Below, piece by piece: positions 37,193 through 48,875 of a DNA stretch of 64,000 bases (its first letter is position 1; the number at the start of each line of letters is the position of its first letter). Below the pieces are notes generated by a model. That model searched no databases. It had not been told where the DNA came from and worked only from the letters and a program-made list of their open reading frames with translations. The DNA comes from Hemiscyllium ocellatum (lineage: Eukaryota). A program made the translations under genes and the position numbers. Where the stretch lies: assembly GCF_020745735.1 (NCBI RefSeq), contig NC_083405.1:104412135-104476134 (forward strand), written 5' to 3'.

Positions 37193-37570
37193 ACAGGTTT
37201 ATAAAATCATGAGGGGCATGGATAAATAGGACAAATAAATATGACAAAGTCTTTTCCTTGGGTTGGGGGAACTCCAGAACTAGAGGCCATAGGTTTAGGT
37301 GGAAGTGAAAGGATTTAAATTGGCCCTAAGAGGCAACGTTTTCACGCAGAGGGTGTGTGTATGGAATGAGCTGCCAGAGGAATAGTGGAAGCTGGTACAA
37401 TTACATCATTTAAAAGGCATCAGGATGAGTACATGAATAGAGTCATAGAGATGTACAGCACAGAAACAGACACTTCGGTCCAACCCAATCTAGTTCCATC
37501 TGCCAGCACACAGCCCATATCCATCCAAACCCTTCCTATGCACATACCCATCCAAATGCCTTTTAAATGT

Positions 37571-37789
37571 CATGATAGGAAGATGCCAGTGTTGGACTGG
37601 GGTGTACAAGGTTAAAAAGCACAACACCAGGTTACAGTCCAATAGGTTTACTTGGAAGCACTAGCTTTCGGAGTGCTGCTCCTTCATCAGGTGGTTCAGA
37701 CAACCACCGGATGAAGGATCAGTGCTCCGAAAGCTCGTGCTTCCGATTAAATCTGTTGGACTATAACCTGGTGTTGAGAGATTTTTAAC
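37571..37789. mobile_element. Palindromic micro-element of a second hammerhead/PLE-type family
   Basis: Inverted arms around 37697-37701; TSD TTTTAAATGT (37561-37570 / 37790-37799); a remnant of the same family at about 32560-32610. Confidence 0.88.
37659..37693 (-). ncRNA. Minimal type I hammerhead ribozyme motif
   Basis: CAC-CUGAUGA-A-GGAG(CAGCA)CUCC-GAAA-GCUA-GUG; palindromic AGCU stem III; CUA triplet. Confidence 0.75.
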
Positions 37790-39631
37790 TTTTAAATGTT
37801 GCAATTATACTCGCCTCCAACACTTCCTCTGGCAGATCATTCCATACACGTACCAGCCTTTGCGTGAAAATGTTGCCCCTTCGGTCTCTTTTAGATCTTT
37901 CCCATCTCACCCTAAACCTATACCCTCTAGTCTGGACTCCCCAATCCCAGGGAAAAGACTTTGTCTATTTACTCTATCCATGCCCCTCATGATTTTATAA
38001 ACCTCTAAAAGGTCACCTCTCAGCCTCTGACACTCCAGGGAAAATAGCCTAATCAGCATATTCAGCCTCTCCCTATAGCTCAAATCCTCGAATCCCTGCA
38101 ACATTCTTGTAAATCTTTTCTGAACCCTTTCAAGTTTCACAACATCTTTCTGCTAGGAAGACGACCAGAACTGCATGCAATATTCCGACAGCGGCCTAAC
38201 CAATGTCCTGTACAGCCACAACATGACCTCCCAACTCCTGTACGGATAAAGGAAAGCATACCAAACGCCTTCTTCACTATCCTATCTACCTGCGACTCCA
38301 CTTTCAAGATTAGAATCTGTACCCCAAGGTCTCTTTGTTCAACAACACTCGCTAGGACCTTACCATTAAGGTATAAGTCCTGCTAAGATTTGCTTTCCCA
38401 AAATGCAGCACCTTGCATTTATCTGAATTAAACTCCAACTGCCACTTCTCAGCCCATTGGCCCATCTGGTCCAGATCCTGTTGTAATCTGAGGTAACCAA
38501 AGCTTTACGGTGATTTGGGCCAATGCTGGCAAATGGGACTAGATTAATTTAGGATATCTGGTCAGGGTGGACCGAGGGGTCTGTTTCCTTACTATACATC
38601 TGACTCCCTCAAAGTTTTCGCCCAGTACAGGTTCCTGGCTAAAACTACAGAACACTTCCAATTAGTGTTTGAAGCTATTCCAGAATCATAATTAAAAAAG
38701 ACAGAACTTTTCAAAAATTCTATGTGTGCATATTTTGCTTCTCCAAATCTACATTCAAGTTATAAAATAAACTCAGGGTAGGATTTTTACGAAAAGGTTT
38801 CTATGTCCACACACATAAGATTGCCCGCCTGACATCAAGATACTGATGAGTCACAATTTCCTTCAATTGTACATTGGTCAGACGAGTTTCAGCACTCACC
38901 AAAGCCACATCCTTATCTACGGAAAATCCCACCCAGGCCAAATTAAATGGTGAACTCAACATCCTGTCACTATATTTGCTCAGTTTCCCTTTTCACCTGC
39001 AGTTGGTTTAAATTTGACAGTTTACCACCCTAATCATTACAAACTAAAAATTGTTCAAAGTTGGATAGATTTCCTTTAATCAGCTATCTTGTTTATGGAT
39101 CTCTTGTCTTCACAGCCTCTGGTCATCCATAAGAAGCATTTATCTCAAAACTTTACGAATAACCCTCACCCTACTGAGGCACAGAGAACAGGAACTGTAT
39201 AGCATTTTTGGTCCTTCAGCAATCAGGTTTTGTAAACAGCATCCTACTTGGACTCCTATTTTGCACTGAAATGTGTTCTTCCTATAGATTAATAGGAATG
39301 CTAAACATCTTCCAAATTAGTGATGCCCATTATAAGCACGTATTAAGGCTGCTTCCTCTCTGCAAATGCAACCCACAAAGATTTCTGTTTTAAAAAAATC
39401 ATTCATCGTCCCCGTGGGCACCACAGACAAGGCCACTAATTATTGTGAATCCCTAGTTGCTCTCGAGTGATGACGAGGAGTTGTCTTCTTTAACCACTGA
39501 GGTCCATGTGGTGTAGTTACATCCCTAATGCTTATCGACAGAGTCCTAGGATTTTAACCCAGTGATACTGAAGGAACAGCAATGCATTCCTAGGTCTGGA
39601 TAGTGAGTGGTTTGCAGGGACGTTGCATTTG

Positions 39632-39812
39632 GAAAAAACACAAAATGCTGTTGAAACTTTGCAGGCCTGACATCTCTTTTCCTGAAATTATTTCAGGCTC
39701 AAAATGTTAATTCTGTTTCTCTCTCCCCAAATGTTGTCAGATCTGCTGAGTTTCTGCAGCATTTTGTGTGTTTGTTTCAGATTTTCAGCACCTGCAATAC
39801 TTGGCTTTTTAA
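39632..39812. mobile_element. Old fold-back PLE terminal-repeat remnant
   Basis: ACACAAAATGCTG / CAGCATTTTGTGT inverted arms plus a tail resembling the other copies. Confidence 0.6.
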
Positions 39813-40366
39813 CTTGCGCTTTCCTATGTATCTGCAACACTTGAAAGTTCGGATGGAGCCTTAGTGAGTAAGAATATGAAAGTATGGACATGCCTTGGGG
39901 AATCAGGAGGCAAAGTACCTACTGCAGGCTTCTTAAACCTCTAAACCTGCTCTTGTAACCACAATATTTATAATATCCTGTTGCTCATGACACACACATT
40001 CAATTGCTCATTGATTATATAGTCAATCATTTGGACAAAACAGAAGCATTTTTGATTACTGAATTTCGCAATCCAAGCCTCTTTTGTTTTGGTAAGGTGA
40101 AATTAGTGTTTCCTATACTGATTTGCAATATTGATGAATTGTGCATGAACTGACGATCAGATCATATGCACTGATTTGATCATTATTTGCTGACATTCTT
40201 AGCAAATCTAAGGTTTAGTAGGTTCATTTTAAATATGGCCTGTTGACTTGCTCGCGGAAGTCTCTAGAAATTCTGACTCAAGAAGCCAACAATTCCCATC
40301 TTATCTTTTTATAGAAAATCCCATTCTTCTCTACAGTACAAGATGGGTTGGTTTTATTTCTGAATG

Positions 40367-40492
40367 GGATAAAAACAATGACTGCAGATGCTGGAAACCA
40401 AATTCTGGATCAGTGGTGCTGGAAGACCACAGCAGTTCAGGCAGCATCCAAAGTGCAGTGAAATCGACGTTTTGGGCACCACTGATCCAGAA
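40367..40492 (-). mobile_element. PLE micro-element with a 20-bp inverted arm
   Basis: TSD TTTATTTCTGAATG (40353-40366 / 40493-40506); 40476-40495 is the reverse complement of 40400-40419. Confidence 0.88.
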
Positions 40493-41927
40493 TTTATTTC
40501 TGAATGCCAATCTAGTTTCATCACGGAAATATCAGACTGGAAATTGGAGACCAGATTCCCACTCCAGTAACATTTTCCAGTCAGAGATGGTGTAATTAGC
40601 CTTTTCCTCTGGAATGCCACATGACAATTAAAATGACTGGAATTATAACCATCCATTTTAAAATGACAGCATTGCAGACCCTCAGGCTATGAGTCGTAAA
40701 ACCACTTTCCCACCATATTCCACCTTCTTGCATTTTCTTCCAGCTAAAAAGACAATACAAAAAAATGTATATAAACAGATCAAAACACAAAGTTTGGATG
40801 AATTTTTATTAACTTCCTTTCCTAAAAGATAAAAATACTCTGACAAAAATTAAACAAAGTTAAAGAATGCTTTATTAAATTTTCCATCCCAACATTATGT
40901 ACACATTAAGTAAATCCATAAATGTTTACCACTTTATGCACAAATCACATCCTGCTTAGACCAAAAGAGAAACAGACAAAAAATAACTGAACTGGACAAC
41001 TTAAAATAACATGACAAATGCTTGAGAACAATCTGGTACAATTCATCTTGCATATTTTCCAGTGACATTATAATTCTAACTCTTGGTGGGGTGGGTGGGG
41101 GGCCATCTGATTTGGTTAAAGCTGTCTGCAGTTAACACCTTATGAAATATGCAAAATATCATGAGCACATTCAGAGGGTTGATGCAGTGTTTTTCCCCCC
41201 TTTCCCACTCTTCGACTGTTCATGGCCAAGGCAAAGTTTAACTATAAAAAGGGGAAATGATGTGTACCGATGGATAATGGGTCCTGTACTCCAACGTAAT
41301 GTTCTATATTGCCAATGACATACTTTGCAACATTAGCTCAGTATCAGCAATTAGTCAGCCTTGTACCTTTATTAATAAAGGTCTAGATTATGGTAAACAA
41401 AGTCGACTCAGGCCAAAGATTAATAAAAGGTTAGCAGTGTATATACACAACTAGGGTTCTTGAGAAAAAAAGCAAGCATGCAAGCTCTGGGTTACTAAAA
41501 ACAAAAATAAACGCTTAAATGCTGTCACCAACTAAAAGCTAAATTGAGAATAAAATTCAAAGGTTGACCAAAAGTTCATCTGTAGTTAAAGCCACAATGT
41601 TCACGAGGTATTAGGCAATGTAATTTTTTTCTTCATCAGGCAGAGCTAGCTAACTTTCTTTTATCTGGTCATAACAAGTAACAGTTCTTCCAATGAGTTA
41701 TCAACTTTTAACCTTTGAAGAGAGGGATTTCAGCTAAAGAGAGAAAGGGCAAAAACAGTTTCTCCTAGTAAACCTCGCTGTCAGATGTCCAAATTCAATA
41801 GCTTTACTGCTTATCACAAATTGGATCACGGGACTTCTTAAAGTAATTAAACTCTAACTCTGGTTTCTGTTGCATAAGTAAGTGTTTTGGCTTTCTGAAT
41901 TTTTTAATATAAAGTTAGAAGTGTAAA

Positions 41928-42034
41928 CTTTTGTCGATTTCGCTGCACTTTGGATGCTGCCTGAACTGCTGTGCTCTTCCAGCACCACTGATCCAGAATC
42001 TGGTTTCCAGCATCTGCAGTCATTGTTTTTACCT
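41928..42034 (+). mobile_element. PLE terminal fragment, same subfamily as 40367-40492
   Basis: About 3 mismatches over 98 bp versus 40371-40468 (opposite strand). Confidence 0.88.
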
Positions 42035-42369
42035 TGTAAAAATGCCCAGTCAATTATATAATATTTCAGATGATATCCTCAAAACATGAACTCACAGCTA
42101 CACTATTTACAAGGTGCATATTTGCATTAAAACTACAGGCTTTTAAACTGTTACTGAGCATTTACAAGACACAAATAGCTGAACTAAATGACTTGTTTCA
42201 CATTAATGGATCCTAACTTCAGGGGCAAAAAAGTTCACAAACTTTCTTCCAGCAATGAGGAATTTTGGTCAAGTAGATAATGGAAAATCTGGAACTGTTG
42301 GTTCAAAGTAGGGATGGAAGATAAAAGGAGAGGTACTTTAACTAAGAACTAAACTAGGCTAGTCACATT

Positions 42370-45140
42370 AAGCACAGTGGTTACATGAACAAGTCAAAGG
42401 TTAGGAATCATCCAGAAATAATTCACCTATCTTCACAAGGCCTGCCCACTATCTACAAAGCACAAATCAGGAGGGAAACAGAATACTGTCCACTTGTCTG
42501 GATGAGTACTGCTCCAACAACAAGAAGCTTGACACTAACCAGGCAAAGCAGCCAGCTGGACTGACATCACAGCCACAAACAGTCACTCCCTCCTGGACAT
42601 GGAGAGATGTTTGTTCAGCGGTAACACCTGGGATGTTAATTGTGCACCTGGGAGAGGGGGGTGTGCTGTTGTTGTTGGCAGTGTTCAGTGTTGGTAATGC
42701 CATGAATGTCAAAAGAACAATGGTTAAAATTCTCTTACTGGAAATGGTCAATACCTACCATTGGTGGGGCACGAATGCTATTAGTCACTTTTGAGCCAAA
42801 GCCTAGATATTGCCCAAGACTTGTACATTTGGATACATGTGGCTTAAACGTCTGAGTCACGAATAGTGCCAAACGTTGTGAATATCTGTGAACATCCCCA
42901 CTCCTGACCTGATGGAGGAGGCAGGGCCATTGATGAAGCAGCTGAAGATTGTTGGACCAACTATACTTTTCAGCCAAGTGGTTTGGGCTCAAGTGGTCCA
43001 GAGGCATTTATAACATCTGAACAGACTGATTAAAAAATAAATACCCTGAGGAAATCCTGCAGAGATTACCAGGAGATGATGTTCAAAAACCACAACCATG
43101 TTCCTTTGTGTCACATATGATGCTAACCAAAGAGCTTTCCCCTGATGAGCACTGACCGTAGTTTTGCTACAGCTTCTTGATACTACACTTGATCAAATAC
43201 ATCCTTGACATCGGCTGCAGGGAAGGGGTGTGTGTGTGTGTGTGTGTGTGTGCCTGCAGAGCTTAGCTTTGATCCAGTGGTTGCCAAAACACTTAGCTTT
43301 ATCTCTAGCTGCTTATAGTATTTTGGCAAGCAAATCTCTTGTGGATTCGCCAAGTGACACCTTATTTTTAGGTATGCCTGATGCTGCTCCTTCACTGAAC
43401 CAGGGTTGATCCTCTGGCTTGATAGAAATGGCAGAATGGGGATATGCCAAACTCTGAGGTTATCGATGGTGTTGGTATAGGATTCTGCTGATAGTTGACA
43501 GGGCGTGATGGGTGCTTAGTCATGAATTGCTAGATCTGTTCTAAGTCCCATTAAGCACAGTGGCAGTGCCACACGACAAGATGCAAGGTGAGACTTCTCC
43601 ATAGTGATGGCAGTCAGATTGGTGAGAATGAGATCCCCATGATTTTCCCCATTGTTGGTTCCCTAACCACCTGCTGCAGACTCAGTCCAGCAGCTATGTC
43701 CTTTAGGACTTAACCAGCTTGATCATAATGCTGCTGCCAAAACACTCCTAAACATTGAAATCTTCCATTCTTGCATCCTTGGTGCTTCCAAGTGCTATTC
43801 AACATAGAGGAATACTGATGTATCAGCTGAAGGAGGATGGCATGTGATAATCAGCAGGTTTCCTTACCCATAACTGACCTGCTGCCATAGGATTTCAATG
43901 TTCAGGATGCATAGAGCAACTCTTTCCAGATTCTATACCAATATGCCACCATTTCTGCTGAGCCTATCCTACAAGGACACATCTCGTGAATGTGATAGTG
44001 CTGTCTGGGGCATTGCCTGTAAGGTACAATTTCCTGAGTAGGACCATGTCAGGTTGATGGTTGACTAGTTGGAAAGGCAGCAGACCTAGTTTTGACATTA
44101 GCCTCCAAATATTAGGAAGGAGGACTTCATAGGCTGCTTTTCATGTCATCGTTTGTGGCCTACGTCAACGGAAGGTGATCTGTCAGTCTTTATTTATTAA
44201 CAGTTAGCCACATTGATTTTGATACATGGTGGCCAACAAGGCAAGAGTGGCAGTTTTTCACCTGAAGGAAGAATCAGATGTGTATTTCCAACAGTTGACA
44301 ATGGTTTCACAGTCATCTTTAAACTCTTAATTCATTACTAAAAAAATTTTGCATTCGATTTCCACAATTCACTATGGCAGGATTCCAACCAGCTCTCCAG
44401 AACGTTACCTGGGTCTAGTGATCATATCACGGAGTTATGACCTCCCCTAATTAGGGGTTAGATAGTGTTCTCTGCAGTCATGGGTGCACGTCCCAAAGGC
44501 TGGTGTTGCCTGCATGATGCTAGGATAATGAAGTCTCCTTGGGGCTGAAGTAAAACCTAAGCACTGATCATGTTGGTGCTGTCAACATTGACAAAATCAG
44601 GAATGAGGCTCTGCTGAAATGTTTTTAAAAATTCATTTGTGGGATGATGGCATTGCTGGCTGGGCCAGCTTCTGTTGGCCATTCCTAGTTTGGCAAGTTG
44701 GTGGTGAGTGACCTTCTTAAACTGCTGCAGATCATTTACTGAAGGAAATGCCATTACAGAGTTGGTGCAATTGCAGTGGTGACATCCCCATCTGCTGCCC
44801 ATGAAGTCTCTGTGCGAGTGGTCATGATTTGGAAGATACTGACTCAGGAACTTCGGTGAATTTTTGCAATCCACTGCACTGCTGCTAATGTTTTGGTGGT
44901 GGAAGGAGTGGATGCTTGTGAATGTGATGCCACTCAAACTTACTACCTTGTTCTGGATGGGATCAAGTTTGAGTGTTGTTGGATCTGTACCTTTCCAGGC
45001 CAGTGGGGACTATTCCATCACACTTCTGCAGGTGGAAGACAAGCTTGGGGGAGTGAGGCGAGTTACTGCTGCAAAATTTCAAAGTCTCTGACATACTTTT
45101 GTCGCCATCGTACTTATAGGTCTAGTCCAGTTCACTCAGG
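42370..45140. mobile_element. Cluster of degenerate CR1/L2-group LINE fragments
   Basis: Repeated similarity to 19410-19915 and 30480-31900 on both strands. Confidence 0.65.
43228..43252 (+). repeat. (GT)n microsatellite
   Basis: Direct reading. Confidence 0.95.
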
Positions 45141-45871
45141 ATCTCCATGCCTCAGCTGCAGTCACACCCTCTTGCCTCAATCACCAATTTGAACAGTTAG
45201 AAGCTAAAATAAAAATAATTACCCCTAAGATAACAGTCCCTGGATTACTAACTGAACTACAGGCAAATGGTAAATAAAGTCAAGGAGTTAAATGCTTAAG
45301 TGTGGTTCAAAGATTGATGTGGGTGAAACAGGTTTCAGTCCACGGAGTAATGGCATTAATAGTAGAGTAGAAAGGTGTAATGGTGGGCTTTATTTGAACA
45401 GTGCTGGGATCAATATTCTGGTGAATTGAATAACTAGACTGTTCTGAGGCCTTCAATCTAATTAGAGAAGGGGTAATAGGGAAGAAAGGAAGCATTGGCT
45501 TACAATGGAGAAGGATACAAAAGCATTGCAGGGTAGTTGTTGGAATGATACCAGAGTGGGTCCAGAAGGGGCTACCTACAAACACAGAAAAACACCAGTA
45601 TATAGGGTCAACGAGAAGGAAAAAAAAAGGGAAAAAAGCAAAATGAAGGCTTGTGGACAGTTTTTGGAACAAAACATTAATGGTGCAAGAAGAGGTTAAT
45701 GGGTATGATTTTAAAGCTATTTGAGAGACATAGGTACAAGGAGATCAAAGCGGGCAACCACACATTCAGTGATATCAAAAGGATACCTTTTTAAAGGACA
45801 AGTTGGAAGCAAAGGGTGGTGGCATGGCTTTGTTAGAATGGGATGGTATAACTTTGATAAAAATAAATTAT

Positions 45872-46182
45872 GAGATTAGATTATCTACAGTGAGGAAACA
45901 GGCCATTTGGCCCAATAAGTCCACGCCGACCCTGTAAAGAGTAACCCAACCAGCCCTATTCCCCTACCCTATATTTACGCCTGATTCTTGCAGCTAACAC
46001 TATGGGCAATTTGGCATGCCCAATTTACCTGACCTCTCACAATCCAAACACATGCAGGAAACCCATGCAAACACAGACAATATGCAAACCCCACACAGAC
46101 AGTCGCCCGAGGCAGGAATCGAACTCGGGTCCCTGGTGCTGTGAGGTAGCTGTAGTTACCACTGAACGATCATCCCGCCCCG
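45872..46182 (-). mobile_element. HE1-type SINE inside an old CR1 5'/EN fragment (45300-46290)
   Basis: SINE head and tail motifs; AGATTAGAT on both sides. Confidence 0.8.
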
Positions 46183-48059
46183 ATCTTAGATTAGATGATG
46201 TAAAATCCAGACCGGTGGAGGTAAGAAATAATAAGGGAAAGATAGAAATGGTGGGAATAGTCTATGGGAGCCCGAATAGATAAAATTTCAAAAATGTTTT
46301 AAATAAAATTATTACTCTGCAATGTTTTATCTCCAAATCTAAAGAACAGCTACGTACAAAGCATGTATCCAATCACAGATGACTACTTCAGCAGTCAGCA
46401 CAACTTCCTTTATAAACATATGTGGAGTTTTTTTTTTGAGCAAAAGAGATAAGGTAACGGAAAAACAATTTACATTCAGGCCTAGGTCATTTGTGTGTAA
46501 AGTCAAACATTTCTGTTCTGCACAAAGGCTAGTGGAAATATGGAATTTCACCCACCAAAAGTGAAGGCTGGGTCAAACTGATCAATCACAGCCAAGGTTC
46601 CTAGACTAAGGTAGGATACCAAAGGAATTTGGATCAACAGCAGGTAAAATGGCATTGAAACTATTGCAACTAAATAGCAGAACAGACTTGAATGGTTGAT
46701 TGTGTGTTTCAGGATGTCAGAAAGTCCTACACCAATAATGAAGTACAGTCATCTTTGCATTGGAGGAATCCAGGAAACTGCAAGATCCCAATGATAAAAA
46801 TATGTTCACCTTTTCATGGAGACTGACTGACAAATAAATGTTGGCCAAGCTATTGATAACTCTCTATTTTTCCTTGTTTTAAAAAAAGTATATTTAATGT
46901 GTACCTGCATCTGTATCTGTTTACTAGATTGTGCAAAATAGGATTAACCATGCAGCGGTCTCTTGGCAATGTCAGTTTAGAATATACACTTGTGTCTCTG
47001 GAGCTCAGCATGAACCCATAACATTCCAAACTTAGTCACAAATCCTGTCACTGAGGCAAAGGTGACCATTTGTCAAGTAACTTGTTAAAAACTGTTATTC
47101 CCTCTGGTTAAAAATTAGGAAATTATAATCAGCAATGGGAGTGAGGGGAGATGGTGCAGTTGCTGGGCTAGTAATCCAGAGACAAAAATGCTCTGGGAAC
47201 CAGGTTTAAATTGCAGCACAGCAGGCTGATAGAATTTGAATACAGAAAATCTGGGAGTTAGAAATCTTATAATGACCACATAACAATTATCAAGCATTAC
47301 AAAAATCTAGTTTGCTAACATGCTAATTTGGTCTAGCCTCCATGGGACTCCAGTTTATCAGTAATGTGGTTGACTCTTACATGGCTCAGTAAGCTGCTCA
47401 ATTGAAAGATCTTAAAAAGGTCCCAAAAAGGAACTGAAACAGAATGAACTGCTGGGCATTAACAACAGCAAATATAGACCTATTGACGCTGCAAATTCTC
47501 CCTAATTAAAATCTGGGGATGGGGCGGGAGTTTGCTGCAAAAATTGTAAGAGCCTGAGAGTATGACTATGATCCTCACCATCCCTGATACATAGCTGACA
47601 CCACAGTTGTATGCAGTCAGGAGACAGTTAAGAGTCCTCAAAATTGATTCTGGACCCCATGAAGTTTCATGGCATCAGGTCAAACACGGGCAAGTAAACT
47701 TGTTGCTTATGTACCACCCCATCCACATGAATTCAAAATTTTAAAAAGGATTTTGGATTTCCTGTAATTGCCTAATTATAACCAGGTGTATCATTTATAC
47801 ACAAAGACCAAGTAGCAAGGAACCAGAAATCTCACTATAGCAGGTGGCAAATTCTGAATTCAATAAAAAGAGAAGTCTTGAATAAAAACGTGGCCTAGAG
47901 AGGACCAGGCATCCACTGGCAATTGTTGAAAAAACCCATTTGGTTCACAAACAACCTTTGGGAAAGAAATCTGCCAGCCTTACGCATTTCTGACCTACAT
48001 GCAATCACAGTGTACAGTGTCTGGAATGACTCTTAACTGCCATTTGCGCATTGGCTATA

Positions 48060-48875
48060 CGTTTGCACACTGAGCTAGAAGGTTGTTTTCAGATGTTTTG
48101 TCACCATACTAAGTATCATCCTCAGTGAGCCTCCGGTGAAGTGCTGGTGTTATGTCTTGCTTTCTATTTACGTGTCTTAGTTTCTTAAGGTGGGTGATAT
48201 CATTCCCAGTTCTTTTTCCTCAGAGGATGGTAGATGGGGTCCAAATTGATACGTTTATTCATGGAGTTCTGGTTAGATAGCCAGGCCCCCAGAATTCCTG
48301 TGTGCGTCTCCGTTTAGCTTGTCCTACAATGAACGTGCTGGCCCAAAGTTGTGTTGTTTTTTGTCCATGTGTAAAGATAGTGGGTTATGTGTTTTGGTGG
48401 CTAGTTGGTGTTCACATATCCTGATGGTTAGTTTTCTGCCTGTTAGCCCGATGCAGTGTTTGTTACAGTCCGAGCATGGTATGTTGTAAATGACATTCGT
48501 TTTGCTGGTGGCTTGTATAGTGTTCTTTACGTTCATTAGCCCCTGTTTAAGTGTGTTAGCAGATTTGTGGGCTATCATGATGCCAAGGGGTCTGCGTAGC
48601 CTGCAAGTTATTTCAGAGAGGTCTCTGATGTAAGGTAACGTGGCTAGAGTTTCTGGGCTTGTTGGGTCTGCTTGTTTGCGTTGAGAAATCGGCAGACTGC
48701 ATTTATTGGATACCCGTTCTTCCTGAATACGCTGTATAGGTATTCTTCTGCTGTTCATAGTTTGAGTACTGCAGTTTGTTGTGGCTTGTTGGAATAATGT
48801 CCTGATGCAGCTCTGTTTGTGGGTGTTGGGATAATTGCTTCTGTAGTTAAGTATTTGGTCTGTATGTGTTACATG
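48060..48875 (-). mobile_element. Penelope-like element 3' fragment (thumb + GIY-YIG + terminal repeat)
   Basis: ORF 48324..48914 NVIYNIPCSDCNKHCIG.TGRKL..RI.EH; splits an older SINE whose tail resumes at about 48880. Confidence 0.92.

Larger units (their letters stand above)
37437..38500 (-). mobile_element. Young CR1 3' fragment inserted antisense in the plus-strand CR1
   Basis: ORF 37907..38140 LERVQKRFTRML...RLRGDL.EVYKIM. Confidence 0.9.
35228..38605 (+). mobile_element. Internally deleted CR1 (ORF1 SGNH-esterase, EN start, RT, 3' end) with nested insertions
   Basis: VIVHIGTNDIG (ORF1), DIIAITET (EN), MDFS.AF.KVPHGRL (RT); 3' UTR resumes at about 38500. Confidence 0.88.

Noticed and set aside
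38840-38856. AP-1-like TGAGTCA motif in repeat-poor intron sequence
   Set aside because: A 7-mer is expected several times by chance in 64 kb; no conservation data available.
40367-42034. A single 1.7-kb element with 100-bp TIRs
   Set aside because: The left copy has its own 14-bp TSD and the interior shows no element-like coding sequence; better explained as two insertions.
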